The notes: generated by a model from the sequence alone, not told the origin. Counted from the first letter of the stretch, positions 39,629 through 48,966 are shown. The stretch is 64,000 nucleotides of DNA from a virus (IMGVR_UViG_3300037400_005963:32001-96000), one strand, 5' to 3'. Numbers and translations are program-made.

Positions 39629-40088
39629 ATTTACTATTTAATAATCTGGCACCATCTATGTACCCTTTAACAACAGTTCTAAATCGATGGGTTGATTTTC
39701 TCAACACATCATCACTCTCAAGCTTATTATTAAGATCTTCAATAGGAGAAATTACTTTATCATCTACTACCTGAATACTTTTTACATATGTATTTCCTAA
39801 AACAGGCTGATATGAGAAAGTTTTAGACATTCTGCTCATCCTGTTAGCTGCCATGGTAGCAAGTCTATTCTCTTTTGTAAGATCACCCATAGGAATAGTG
39901 CTATTCAAATTGCCCGTGCTACTAGTAATATCTGGTGCAGGAGGAATTTTGGGACCTCCGCCAGAGGTAGTATTTATGGCGGCAGCATTAGAGGAATTTT
40001 CCTTTGGGGGAGTTGTTTTCATATTTCCCTTTTCAAAATCCGAAGCAGCCGTTGTAACAGTAAATATCTTTCTCCTTTTTATAATCAT
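39570..40088 (-). CDS. Leader-tagged protein with an internal KTFS site
   Basis: Starts MIIKRRKIFT; internal SKTFS. Confidence 0.6.
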   Translation of the reverse strand: MIIKRRKIFTVTTAASDFEKGNMKTTPPKENSSNAAAINTTSGGGPKIPPAPDITSSTGNLNSTIPMGDLTKENRLATMAANRMSRMSKTFSYQPVLGNTYVKSIQVVDDKVISPIEDLNNKLESDDVLRKSTHRFRTVVKGYIDGARLLNSKYVSKKKASRQQRGSRKGKK

Positions 40089-40663
40089 AGCTCTTTATCT
40101 CTATTCTTTTTATATTTTCGCGCAGCAAGAGTTAAACCAGTGCCGGCAGCAGCTATTGCTAAACCAGTCGGAGCTACTTTTTTCAATTTACTAGCTCTTC
40201 TACTTTCCAGAGTCTTAAAATTTTTCTTAAGATTATCTTCTAAGCCTTGAATATACCCAGCTCTTTGTCCATCTGCCTCAGCCTTCTTTTTTAAGAAGTC
40301 GTTGACTAATCTTCTCCTCTTAAAACCTTTAAAGATTCCTTTAGTATTCTGAAGACTTTCATTTAAATTATTACTTTCTTGAAGTATATTCTTGACGTAA
40401 TTATTTTCGTTTTTTCTTAGTGCATTTGTAGCTTCCTGAACTAGTTTGTTCTTCTTTCGCTGCATCCTTGAATTAACTAAGGCTGTCTTTCCAGTATAAT
40501 ATCCCCCAGCCGCTAAAGCTGTTGCACCAAGTCCAGCCGCAGTCATTTCATTAGTTCTTCTCTTTCTCTTCTTTTGCTCTTCGTAAGGAATATAAGACTT
40601 TCCTAACTCTGCGAGCTTAGTTTCGGAAGTATTAGAATAACTTTTTCGTCTTAACGTTATCAT
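40085..40663 (-). CDS. Leader-tagged basic protein with two hydrophobic helices
   Basis: Likely start MITLRRKSYS (ATG at 40663). Confidence 0.65.
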   Translation of the reverse strand: MITLRRKSYSNTSETKLAELGKSYIPYEEQKKRKRRTNEMTAAGLGATALAAGGYYTGKTALVNSRMQRKKNKLVQEATNALRKNENNYVKNILQESNNLNESLQNTKGIFKGFKRRRLVNDFLKKKAEADGQRAGYIQGLEDNLKKNFKTLESRRASKLKKVAPTGLAIAAAGTGLTLAARKYKKNRDKEL

Positions 40664-40723
40664 ATTTATCAATGTAAAGTTTAACGGCTATTTCACTTAC
40701 AATAAAGTAAGATGAAATAGAGA

Positions 40724-41029
40724 TTAATTTTTATTTTCTTTTTTCTTACTAATAAAGTGATTAGCAAGTGCGGCACCTGTACCTATTGCAGCAAGACCAA
40801 TACCTGCATTTCGACCAACCTTTATATTTCGTTTAAGGATCTCTGGACTAATCTTTCCAGCCTTTGCTAAATTCAGGGCAGTCTTCTTAGACGTGTGATA
40901 CATTGATAGTCCGCCTAATCCAGCAGCTCCTACGTAACCTGCAGTTTTGAGGTTTCTCTTTGTGTTTTGCGATAGTCCCTTTTTCTCTTCTTCTCCTAAT
41001 GCAAAACACTTATTTCTTAATACTATCAT
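40724..41029 (-). CDS. Leader-tagged small Gly/Ala-rich protein
   Basis: Starts MIVLRNKCFA. Confidence 0.65.
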   Translation of the reverse strand: MIVLRNKCFALGEEEKKGLSQNTKRNLKTAGYVGAAGLGGLSMYHTSKKTALNLAKAGKISPEILKRNIKVGRNAGIGLAAIGTGAALANHFISKKKENKN

Positions 41030-41040
41030 TTCTTTTTATT

Positions 41041-42918
41041 TTAAAATATACTTTCTAACATACTCTGAATCGCCTGACCTGATTCTTCTCTGGCTGAACG
41101 ATATAAAGAATTAATAGCAGATAACTGTTTCTTAACACCACCGCCACCTTCTTCTAAGTATTCAGAATATTTCTCATAACAGGCCCAGAGAGAACCAACC
41201 ACTGCATCTGCTATATCTTTTGTACCTGGTTTTTCACCAACTCGATCAGAATAATCAAACTCAAATGAAGAGCTAAATTCTGGATGGTCGATTTTTATGT
41301 GAGACCCATCTTTTCCATTCGACACTATTTTAAGTTCAGAACATTCACGCAAGAGAGTTTTATTATATACCATAGTAGCTCTCTCTGAATTCACAATATT
41401 CTTAAACATAAAATAAGGTTCAGTTGTTTTATCAACGGAAATCACTTTATACTTTATACCCGCTCTTTCACAGCTCTGGAATAAACCGGCGCTAGCAAAA
41501 CCATCGGCACTGACATGAATATCATAATCAAGCGAAAGTCTCTGAACTAACTGGAATAAGTGGTCAAGTGAGGTTTTCTGTCCATCTTTTCTACTTAGAC
41601 CTAAGATAATAGGGAATCTAAATTTAGGGTAAGGTGTTTTATCAAACTTATCCTTACTAATTACTTCCCCATCGTAATGACAGATACTAATACCCGTTAT
41701 ATCCTTCACTAGACCAATATCGAAGTGAATAAATAACGTCAATCCCTTTGGCACACGGAATAGCATGTGTGATATTCTATTATACAGACTATCGGATAGG
41801 TCAAAGAAATCGATGTCCTTTATAATGTCATCACATAAATTAGGAATGGTACAACAATTAACGAGATGAGATATCGAACCGTTGAAGAAGAGTTCCTTCC
41901 CTGAATATGGAAAACCGGCCAAGTCTTGAAGTGACCTAACTGGATCTAACATGAAGTTTCTCTTAACCTGAATTGGACAACTAATTATTCTATCCTTATC
42001 AAGTTCTTTCCTATCTTCTTCCTCTTCGATGACATGCGGAGATCTAACCGAATCACCACGATAGAAATCAAAAGTTAATCCTTCGCTCTCATTATATAGT
42101 TCAGGTCTAGCTACCCAATGTGAAAATTTAGCAAGGAACAATTCATCCTCGGGAACAGCCTCTTCAAATTTATCCGCCACCGAATGATCTGCATCTTTCG
42201 CCGACGAGTCAAGTACCACCGATCCAAAAGTAAAACGTTTGGCAATGAAACGAGATTGATAACGGATCAGAGTTTCACTCATCTTAGACATCGCATCGGA
42301 AGGTTTCCAGAATCCAATCTCACTTAGAACTGAGAAGATTAGCTGAGTACCTATGACGCTACCCACTGCCTTAGGGCCGCTTGAGATAAATCGAATAGCG
42401 GGATTATGATATAAATTCTTAAAATAAGGACTAACATCAAAAATTCCCCTAAAATACTGAACAAAGTCTTTATGAGCCGTTTGTTCATTAGCATGGAAGA
42501 AACCAAATGCCAACTTAACACCACCTGCCAAACCAAGAGATCTAAGACAATCAACACAACAATCAAGTCTATGATAAGTATAAAGACCCATTAATTTTGC
42601 CATAGTTGATTTACCAGATCCAATACAACCACCAAATGACACATATGGAGTTTTTGTTGTAATAGGAGTTGGGTAAATTTCTTTTCCACAGTCTTTCCAA
42701 ATTTGAAAGATTGATTTCCCCTGATTTGTTATTTGTGGTGAACCTAGAAAATAGTCATCACATAAGAATTGTTCAAATGTACAAGGGAGATGATCCATTC
42801 CTAGAAGTTTTGCACCCACTAAGAGTTTTTCACTCTCAGTTAACTTTGTATATTGTGCCTTTATATTCATAGACCCCAAGGACTTTGTAGGGTCCGTGTG
42901 ATCTACAAAATTATTCAT
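41041..42918 (-). CDS. terL: Terminase large subunit
   Basis: Walker A GCIGSGKST, coupling motif LDSS, RNase H-like FIHFDIG and C-terminal KDIADAVVG; upstream of portal. Confidence 0.85.
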   Translation of the reverse strand: MNNFVDHTDPTKSLGSMNIKAQYTKLTESEKLLVGAKLLGMDHLPCTFEQFLCDDYFLGSPQITNQGKSIFQIWKDCGKEIYPTPITTKTPYVSFGGCIGSGKSTMAKLMGLYTYHRLDCCVDCLRSLGLAGGVKLAFGFFHANEQTAHKDFVQYFRGIFDVSPYFKNLYHNPAIRFISSGPKAVGSVIGTQLIFSVLSEIGFWKPSDAMSKMSETLIRYQSRFIAKRFTFGSVVLDSSAKDADHSVADKFEEAVPEDELFLAKFSHWVARPELYNESEGLTFDFYRGDSVRSPHVIEEEEDRKELDKDRIISCPIQVKRNFMLDPVRSLQDLAGFPYSGKELFFNGSISHLVNCCTIPNLCDDIIKDIDFFDLSDSLYNRISHMLFRVPKGLTLFIHFDIGLVKDITGISICHYDGEVISKDKFDKTPYPKFRFPIILGLSRKDGQKTSLDHLFQLVQRLSLDYDIHVSADGFASAGLFQSCERAGIKYKVISVDKTTEPYFMFKNIVNSERATMVYNKTLLRECSELKIVSNGKDGSHIKIDHPEFSSSFEFDYSDRVGEKPGTKDIADAVVGSLWACYEKYSEYLEEGGGGVKKQLSAINSLYRSAREESGQAIQSMLESIF

Positions 42919-42924
42919 ATTTTC

Positions 42925-43308
42925 TTAAACTACACTATTTAATACACTTTCTCGTATTGCCTTTTTTGCCTTTGCTGAATTTTCTAGCAAGTTTTCCCTA
43001 CAGCGTCTTCTGTGATAGGCTAAATCTTGGGGTCTCATATTCAAAAATCCATGGATTGGCCCTAAAATACGTCTACCCGAATGTATCTTTCCTTCCAAAA
43101 CTCCCTCAGTAAAAGGAAGACGATAAGAAGATTTTATAGCCTTTACATTCCCCTTTCTCCAAAGAAACTCTGTTCTATTTACCATGTCATTATCTAGTCC
43201 CCTTAACTGAACTGCAAGATATCTTCGTTTATCTCTTAGTGCTTTTTGTTGAGCAGGAGTTAATCCCCTGTAGTCAGCAAAAGTAAATAATTTTCTCTTT
43301 ACTATCAT
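42925..43308 (-). CDS. Leader-tagged basic protein
   Basis: Starts MIVKRKLFT; N-terminal half resembles 45928..46242 (DY.G....Q...LR..R..LA..L). Confidence 0.6.
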   Translation of the reverse strand: MIVKRKLFTFADYRGLTPAQQKALRDKRRYLAVQLRGLDNDMVNRTEFLWRKGNVKAIKSSYRLPFTEGVLEGKIHSGRRILGPIHGFLNMRPQDLAYHRRRCRENLLENSAKAKKAIRESVLNSVV

Positions 43309-43352
43309 AATATATTATTCAAATAAATAAGTCCTAAAACTCCCAAATTTTA

Positions 43353-45143
43353 TCATCTACGGTATGGAATTCGTGGATCAGCATACGAGGGATAATATGA
43401 AGAATATGGATAATTATATCTCAAATACCTTGTAATATCCATAACATATGGTGAATGAGAAAGTCTATTAGATAATAATGGGGCATTTCTTAATTGACGA
43501 CCGCCCCCCATATTAGATCTCGGAGGCCTTGTTTTAATTAAATTTATTAATCGATTAGTAAGCGCATAATCATGACGTCTATCTCCAGTATTAGGATTAT
43601 AGTAACGATTACCGTTAGGATTGCCATATAATCTAGTATTAATTTCCGGCGCAATCCACCTATAAGGAGAAAGATTCATGGCGCCTTTAAGATCTGCATA
43701 ATTCATTGTCAGATAGGCAGAAACCATATTACTACTACCAGCCTTAGGGGCAGAGTTCACGTATTTATGATACCAACCCTTACTTTTGTCTAACAAATTA
43801 AGCGATTCATTAGAGGCCCATTCCCTTGTCCAAGTTTTTGGTTTAAGATTGGCGGCCTTATTCATTTCATGAGCTAGTCTCGGATAATGAATAAGTGGTC
43901 TCGATACGTATTTTTTGAGCGGCTCACGAACATACGGAGTTACAATTTTATTAGTAAAAGGTTGAGCTATTTTTTCCTCAAACAGACCTTTGCCACTATT
44001 TATATATGTCGATCCTTTGCTAGCTAGGTTAGTTACCGTAGGTCTTACTCCACTCGTTAATCCTCGAGCACCAGCTTCCGCATAAAGATATGGCTTTACA
44101 ACAAGCTTATCAACGCCCTTGTTGAACGCGTTCTTTGCATAATTAGTAGCAGCACCGGGAAGACGGGTTAGGATTGCCGCTTGAGCCGGATTTAAAAATT
44201 TTCCAAATTGGGTAGATATCTTACCACCTATATACTTTCTTGCTTGATTAGTATATTTACTAACATATCCACCTGTAGCATCAATGATAGATCCTATTCC
44301 ACTATTTATTTTACTGAATGTATTAGGTGCAATACTATTTCCTAGATAACGCATAGTATTTCCTGTCTGCTTCCAAGCCCATTTACCAAACTTTGGGCCA
44401 AGAATATCAGCCAGGCCTGTTACAGTAGCATCTTTTGCAAATCCGGATAATCCAGTGTCTACTTTTATCTCCTTCATTTCAGAGAGAGACGTATCATTTA
44501 ATATATTACTAAGATACTTTGCCATTTCACGATCAGTGGCTGACCAAGTAGACTGACGCTTTCTCAGATCCGACAAATCTTTGCTTGCCTGTGTTCTAAT
44601 ATTCTCTCTCCACCAATTTTCTCTTTTATCGTAATTAACTCCACGTGTATTATTATATAAATCTTTTCCCCAATGCCAGCCCAAACCAGCAGCAACAGAT
44701 TTTGAATTTTTTGACCAAACTGCTATATCTGCTAAAACATTGATACCCTTATTTGCATAATCAAGCATCGTATGCAAAAATCCCGGATCTTTATATTTAT
44801 TATAGGTCTGATAATATACACTGTTTAAAAGTCCTGCTTTTTTAAGAAGATCCATATTTACCTTCTGATTGGGACTAAATAACTTAGGAGTAGGTACCGC
44901 CGGAGATGATGAACTCGTAGGAAGTTTCAAAGCCCCCCGATTCTTTCCAGGAGTGTTAAAAACAACTTTATTTGTTTTTGGATCTATGTAATAAATCGGG
45001 TTTTGGGGCGCAGCTTTTTTTCTATTCCAAGGTAAATAAGGATTATTGTTGAAACTATTTCTACTGTTATTCATCAGTTGGGCATTTTTCCAAGCCTGAG
45101 TACCTGGGATCGCCCACCCATAAGGATTTCTTGGAACTGCCAT
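43353..45143 (-). CDS. 596-aa very basic Asn/Pro/Tyr-rich protein of unknown function
   Basis: Long ORF with few acidic residues. Confidence 0.6.
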   Translation of the reverse strand: MAVPRNPYGWAIPGTQAWKNAQLMNNSRNSFNNNPYLPWNRKKAAPQNPIYYIDPKTNKVVFNTPGKNRGALKLPTSSSSPAVPTPKLFSPNQKVNMDLLKKAGLLNSVYYQTYNKYKDPGFLHTMLDYANKGINVLADIAVWSKNSKSVAAGLGWHWGKDLYNNTRGVNYDKRENWWRENIRTQASKDLSDLRKRQSTWSATDREMAKYLSNILNDTSLSEMKEIKVDTGLSGFAKDATVTGLADILGPKFGKWAWKQTGNTMRYLGNSIAPNTFSKINSGIGSIIDATGGYVSKYTNQARKYIGGKISTQFGKFLNPAQAAILTRLPGAATNYAKNAFNKGVDKLVVKPYLYAEAGARGLTSGVRPTVTNLASKGSTYINSGKGLFEEKIAQPFTNKIVTPYVREPLKKYVSRPLIHYPRLAHEMNKAANLKPKTWTREWASNESLNLLDKSKGWYHKYVNSAPKAGSSNMVSAYLTMNYADLKGAMNLSPYRWIAPEINTRLYGNPNGNRYYNPNTGDRRHDYALTNRLINLIKTRPPRSNMGGGRQLRNAPLLSNRLSHSPYVMDITRYLRYNYPYSSYYPSYADPRIPYRR

Positions 45144-45144
45144 A

Positions 45145-45840
45145 TTAACTATTCTCCTTTCTAAATAATTTCATAAACTCATCTATGGTTCTTTGTGCAT
45201 CGGGATCACCAAGATCGACATCAGTTTCATCCTCTGCTATTTTCTTTAATTCTAGACTATCACCAGTTATTTCTATTTCATTCTTCAATTGACTAAGTTG
45301 ATCAATATACTGAATTAACTTCTCAACTACTATGAAATAATCTGCACTAGATAATCCTTCATTTCCAAATAATCTCTGTGGATCTAATACCCAATCGATG
45401 GTAAGGGATAGTTTTTGAATTAAATGAAGATATAAGATGGGTTTTATTGATTTATATAGTTTCGATACATATAATTCAAGAATTCGGCGAGATTTATCAT
45501 CACTAACTAGGACTAAGGATTTTGATAAGTCCTGGAGATTTAAATGAAGATTAAGGCCGTATTCTTTATTGTAATTTGATAAAACTTGATTCAATGAATT
45601 TTCCATCTCTTTAACTTTAAGAGATGTTTGATTCTTTGCTATTGCACTCGCATCTAAGATCATATTCTTAGCAGCACTAGGAAGAATTGGTGCTCCAGTG
45701 ACTATTGATTTTAACTCGCCGGGATCCATTTCCTCTACTACTGCATCATCTATATAATCACCTTGGACATCAACCTTCCCTTCTTTTTGAAGCAGTTCCT
45801 TTTTAAATTCAGGATCTGCAAAAGGATTGATTGCTTCCAT
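45145..45840 (-). CDS. Helical hypothetical protein (small terminase candidate by position)
   Basis: 231 aa, upstream of terL; no motif recognised. Confidence 0.35.
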   Translation of the reverse strand: MEAINPFADPEFKKELLQKEGKVDVQGDYIDDAVVEEMDPGELKSIVTGAPILPSAAKNMILDASAIAKNQTSLKVKEMENSLNQVLSNYNKEYGLNLHLNLQDLSKSLVLVSDDKSRRILELYVSKLYKSIKPILYLHLIQKLSLTIDWVLDPQRLFGNEGLSSADYFIVVEKLIQYIDQLSQLKNEIEITGDSLELKKIAEDETDVDLGDPDAQRTIDEFMKLFRKENS

Positions 45841-45927
45841 ACACTTTAATAATTATTTTATATAATTAGACCTACCCCTCCCATTGAAAGGAAGTCCCAA
45901 AATTAGACGGGGAAGGTTATATATTGA

Positions 45928-46242
45928 TTAGCGCTTACTGTTTCTAAGTACTAGGTTTTTCAATCTAGTGAAACCTTTATTATATTTCTTTGCTATTGAT
46001 CTCTCAGCATCTTTTGCTAAGTTATCATAAAACATTTGAGATCTCCAAGCAGTATTTGCGCGATAATGTGAATCACCAACTTTTTTGGCAATTTGAGCAG
46101 TTTCATTAATGGCTTGTCTAGACTGATTTAAACCCTGTGCTAGATTATTTCTTCTAACCCTTAATTCCTCGGCAGCCTGATTTCCATACCTTTTCGCAAA
46201 ATCTCCATAATTGAAGAATAATTTATTTCTTAATACTATCAT
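45928..46242 (-). CDS. Leader-tagged basic protein
   Basis: Starts MIVLRNKLFF. Confidence 0.6.
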   Translation of the reverse strand: MIVLRNKLFFNYGDFAKRYGNQAAEELRVRRNNLAQGLNQSRQAINETAQIAKKVGDSHYRANTAWRSQMFYDNLAKDAERSIAKKYNKGFTRLKNLVLRNSKR

Positions 46243-46637
46243 ATTAATCCCTCCTGCAATGCTTGTCGTCTAGCAGCATTTAAACTTCTCTTATTTTGAA
46301 CAGCAATGGTATTTTTCCCCATTCCATCAACTACCTTACTTAATCCATTCTGTGTACCATTCTGGATATTTCTAGCAGCCTCTCGAATATTTTTTATAGT
46401 ATGTCTTGCTTGAACTCTATCTGCAATTCCCTCAATATTGTTTAATGAATTGCTTATATTTCTTTGACCGCCTCTTTTTAAACCAGCAACAACACCACGA
46501 AGACCCCTTCGACTACCTGGCTCTAATGCAGTTTGTTCTAGGGAAGGCAATAATTTAAGCCCATACTTTAGATTTGCTTTCTTTAATGCCCCTCTTCTAG
46601 CTGCACAGGTAAAATTTTTATTTCTCAGTATAATCAT
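46239..46637 (-). CDS. Leader-tagged basic protein
   Basis: Starts MIILRNKNFT. Confidence 0.65.
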   Translation of the reverse strand: MIILRNKNFTCAARRGALKKANLKYGLKLLPSLEQTALEPGSRRGLRGVVAGLKRGGQRNISNSLNNIEGIADRVQARHTIKNIREAARNIQNGTQNGLSKVVDGMGKNTIAVQNKRSLNAARRQALQEGLI

Positions 46638-46662
46638 CTTTCCTCTATTAAATTTTGTAGTT

Positions 46663-46825
46663 AAATAAAAGGTGTCTCAATGCAGGAGTCGGGTGAAAAA
46701 GGGAATAACCTATATCCCTAATCCAATTCCTCAAGCTAGACCTGCATTGGACACTCCCCTGAAAATCTATGATTTCATATTGTAGAGGAAAAAATGAAAA
46801 ATATATGTTTCCTCTGTATATAAGG
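46663..46825 (-). ncRNA. Candidate small RNA unit 1
   Basis: CCTTATATAC motif (46816-46825), TTTTCATTTT segment, long hairpin GTGTCCAATGCAGG...CCTGCATTGAGACAC, then T-rich tract. Confidence 0.45.
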
Positions 46826-47135
46826 AAAAATTAAAAATAAGGGAAAAAAGATGGGGGATTTAACGTTAAAAAATGTTTCAAATGTTAATAAAACATAGAA
46901 TTTAGCATCTAAGTGTTAAAATGGAAGAAAAGTTTTATCAAGTTAGGAGAAACCCCGAAGAAGAATTTAAGGAAATTTCGGGTAATTTAGGGACAAAATT
47001 AAAAAGAAAACTGGAGATTTAATAAAAACAAAATCTAAAATTAAGAGATTTTGTCCAGATTCCGATAAAATGAATTCAATAGAGGAAATTTGTAGAGAAA
47101 TATAAATATAGTTAAATTTTTATTTTCCTCACTTT

Positions 47136-47145
47136 CCTTATATAT
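47136..47145 (+). promoter_or_regulatory. CCTTATA promoter-like motif
   Basis: One of ~11 intergenic copies. Confidence 0.55.
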
Positions 47146-47439
47146 ATGATACAGCCAGGAAAAAATATAATTTATGATTCAAGTCAAGAAAGAGTAAGTT
47201 TAGAATATCTTTTAGCTCATACCAATAAAAGATATAGTGAACTCTTAAAAACTATTAAGCATGTAGATACAAGTTTAAACTTACAGGGAACTACTTGGAG
47301 AATACAAGGCTATATTCCCCTAGAAGACTTCAAAGATATCGGTGGGGGATTGAGTTTAATTTTAAAATTCTCTGCTTACATCGGAATAACAAAAGAGGGA
47401 TTAGAAATATGGTCACTGGAACTAGAATATGTCCCGTGA
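47146..47439 (+). CDS. Hypothetical protein
   Basis: First plus-strand ORF after the strand switch. Confidence 0.55.
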   Translation: MIQPGKNIIYDSSQERVSLEYLLAHTNKRYSELLKTIKHVDTSLNLQGTTWRIQGYIPLEDFKDIGGGLSLILKFSAYIGITKEGLEIWSLELEYVP

Positions 47440-47442
47440 TAC

Positions 47443-47528
47443 CCTTATAAGTAACAGATAGTTTCATTTTAGGTAAATTTGTAAAACTAACTCGGATCTG
47501 AGAAAGATGTGAGTTAGTTATTTTTTTT
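47443..47528 (+). ncRNA. Candidate small RNA unit 2
   Basis: CCTTATAAGT, GTTTCATTTT segment, AACTAACTC..TCTGAGAAAGA..GAGTTAGTT hairpin, T8 tract. Confidence 0.5.
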
Positions 47529-47556
47529 CTATCCGCTAAATCTAAAATCCTATCAT

Positions 47557-47580
47557 ACCCTTATATGCAGAGATAATTAA
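47557..47580 (+). promoter_or_regulatory. Promoter-like motif, 24-bp identical copy at 49012
   Basis: ACCCTTATATGCAGAGATAATTAA. Confidence 0.65.
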
Positions 47581-47612
47581 AACTTATTATATTAATGAAA
47601 CTTTTTTATTAA

Positions 47613-48944
47613 ATGAGCAAAAAAACATCAACAAAGAAGAGTTATGTTTACTTGGCAGCAGAGGTAGATAAAAAAGGCAACCACATACACTACAAGATCG
47701 GTTGCTCTACCCAAGTAGAAAAGCGAGTAAATGGAAAAATCACGAGTGACAACGGGAATGACATCATCCTGTTGAAAAAGAAAGAAGGTGATCGCGAATT
47801 AGAGAGATACCTGATCTACACTCGATATAAAAAGTATCGAATCCACGGAGAATGGTTTTTACCAGATAAATTTATTTTCGCGGATTTTGATTCGGTCATC
47901 AAACCAGACGATGCAAAAGTTCTTATTGAGAATTATGAAAATGCACTGGACGAGAGTGGCCGAAGGCAGAAAGTTGAAAAAATTACTAAGATCTCCAAGA
48001 GAGAGATCAAGAAAGTGATGAAGAACTGCGGAGGATACACGTTGAAGCTTGAGGGCGGAGCACGTCATTTTATTGACATTAAGAAAGCCGTCAAGAATAA
48101 CGTTCCCCTGCTTACACCTTCATACAACCGCGTGCACGGTCCCGATCAACAGAGGACCGGCAAGAGTATAAGTCTGTATGGATCACAAGGTCCACTGATG
48201 GTTATTACGCCTATCATGGCGGATGCAGCCGGAATAGAATACAGACATTTTGATGGAACCAAGTGTTCCGCATCAGATAAGAAGACAGGTTTGGTCATCG
48301 TCGATGGTAATGGACGAGTAGATTACTTACTCAAAGTCCCATTTGAATATTGGCCAAAAACCTTAATCGCGAGCTTTCCTGTAGAAGATTGTTTGGGCTA
48401 TTACGATATTGCAAAAATAATTCAGGAAGTTAACGTAAACACGAAGCCCTGGCATACCGCAGATTATAATTTAATGAGAGCGATTGAAAGGGGCCCACAT
48501 CCGATGTTTGATTCAATCCAAGAAGCAAGAGCTAAAGGATATCCTTATAGCACAGCTTGTATAATCTATACGCTGAGGGATAATATTAAGAAGAGCACTA
48601 TTCTTGGAACGAAAGACAACGACGAACTTGCTGAAAACTATAAATACGCATTAATCGTCCACGAAGAGATGGTTAAGAAGTTTGGCGAGGGAAAAGACGG
48701 AGTGATTAAATCCATTAAGATATCTAAGTTAATTAGAGATCAATGGAATAAGTTTGTGGCATCTAGCGATGCCGATACAGCAACTAAGAGGATCTGTGAG
48801 TTCATAAGATCCATTTCTAAAGATGTAGTTGAGAGAATGCGAGAAGCAACTCCAACGACTACCAAGGAAGGGTTGAGAGTAACTCGAGATGAGGTACGTG
48901 AAAAAGAATTTTCGGTTGCCTTTGATATGTTCATTCATAAATAG
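47613..48944 (+). CDS. T5orf172/MUG113 (GIY-YIG-like) domain fused to a ParB-N-like domain
   Basis: YVYLA...YKIGCS...KRV...LERYL...RIHGEWF; then LVIVDGNGR...EVNVNTKPW. Confidence 0.7.
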   Translation: MSKKTSTKKSYVYLAAEVDKKGNHIHYKIGCSTQVEKRVNGKITSDNGNDIILLKKKEGDRELERYLIYTRYKKYRIHGEWFLPDKFIFADFDSVIKPDDAKVLIENYENALDESGRRQKVEKITKISKREIKKVMKNCGGYTLKLEGGARHFIDIKKAVKNNVPLLTPSYNRVHGPDQQRTGKSISLYGSQGPLMVITPIMADAAGIEYRHFDGTKCSASDKKTGLVIVDGNGRVDYLLKVPFEYWPKTLIASFPVEDCLGYYDIAKIIQEVNVNTKPWHTADYNLMRAIERGPHPMFDSIQEARAKGYPYSTACIIYTLRDNIKKSTILGTKDNDELAENYKYALIVHEEMVKKFGEGKDGVIKSIKISKLIRDQWNKFVASSDADTATKRICEFIRSISKDVVERMREATPTTTKEGLRVTRDEVREKEFSVAFDMFIHK

Positions 48945-48966
48945 ATCTTCTAAAGTTTAGCTTAAG

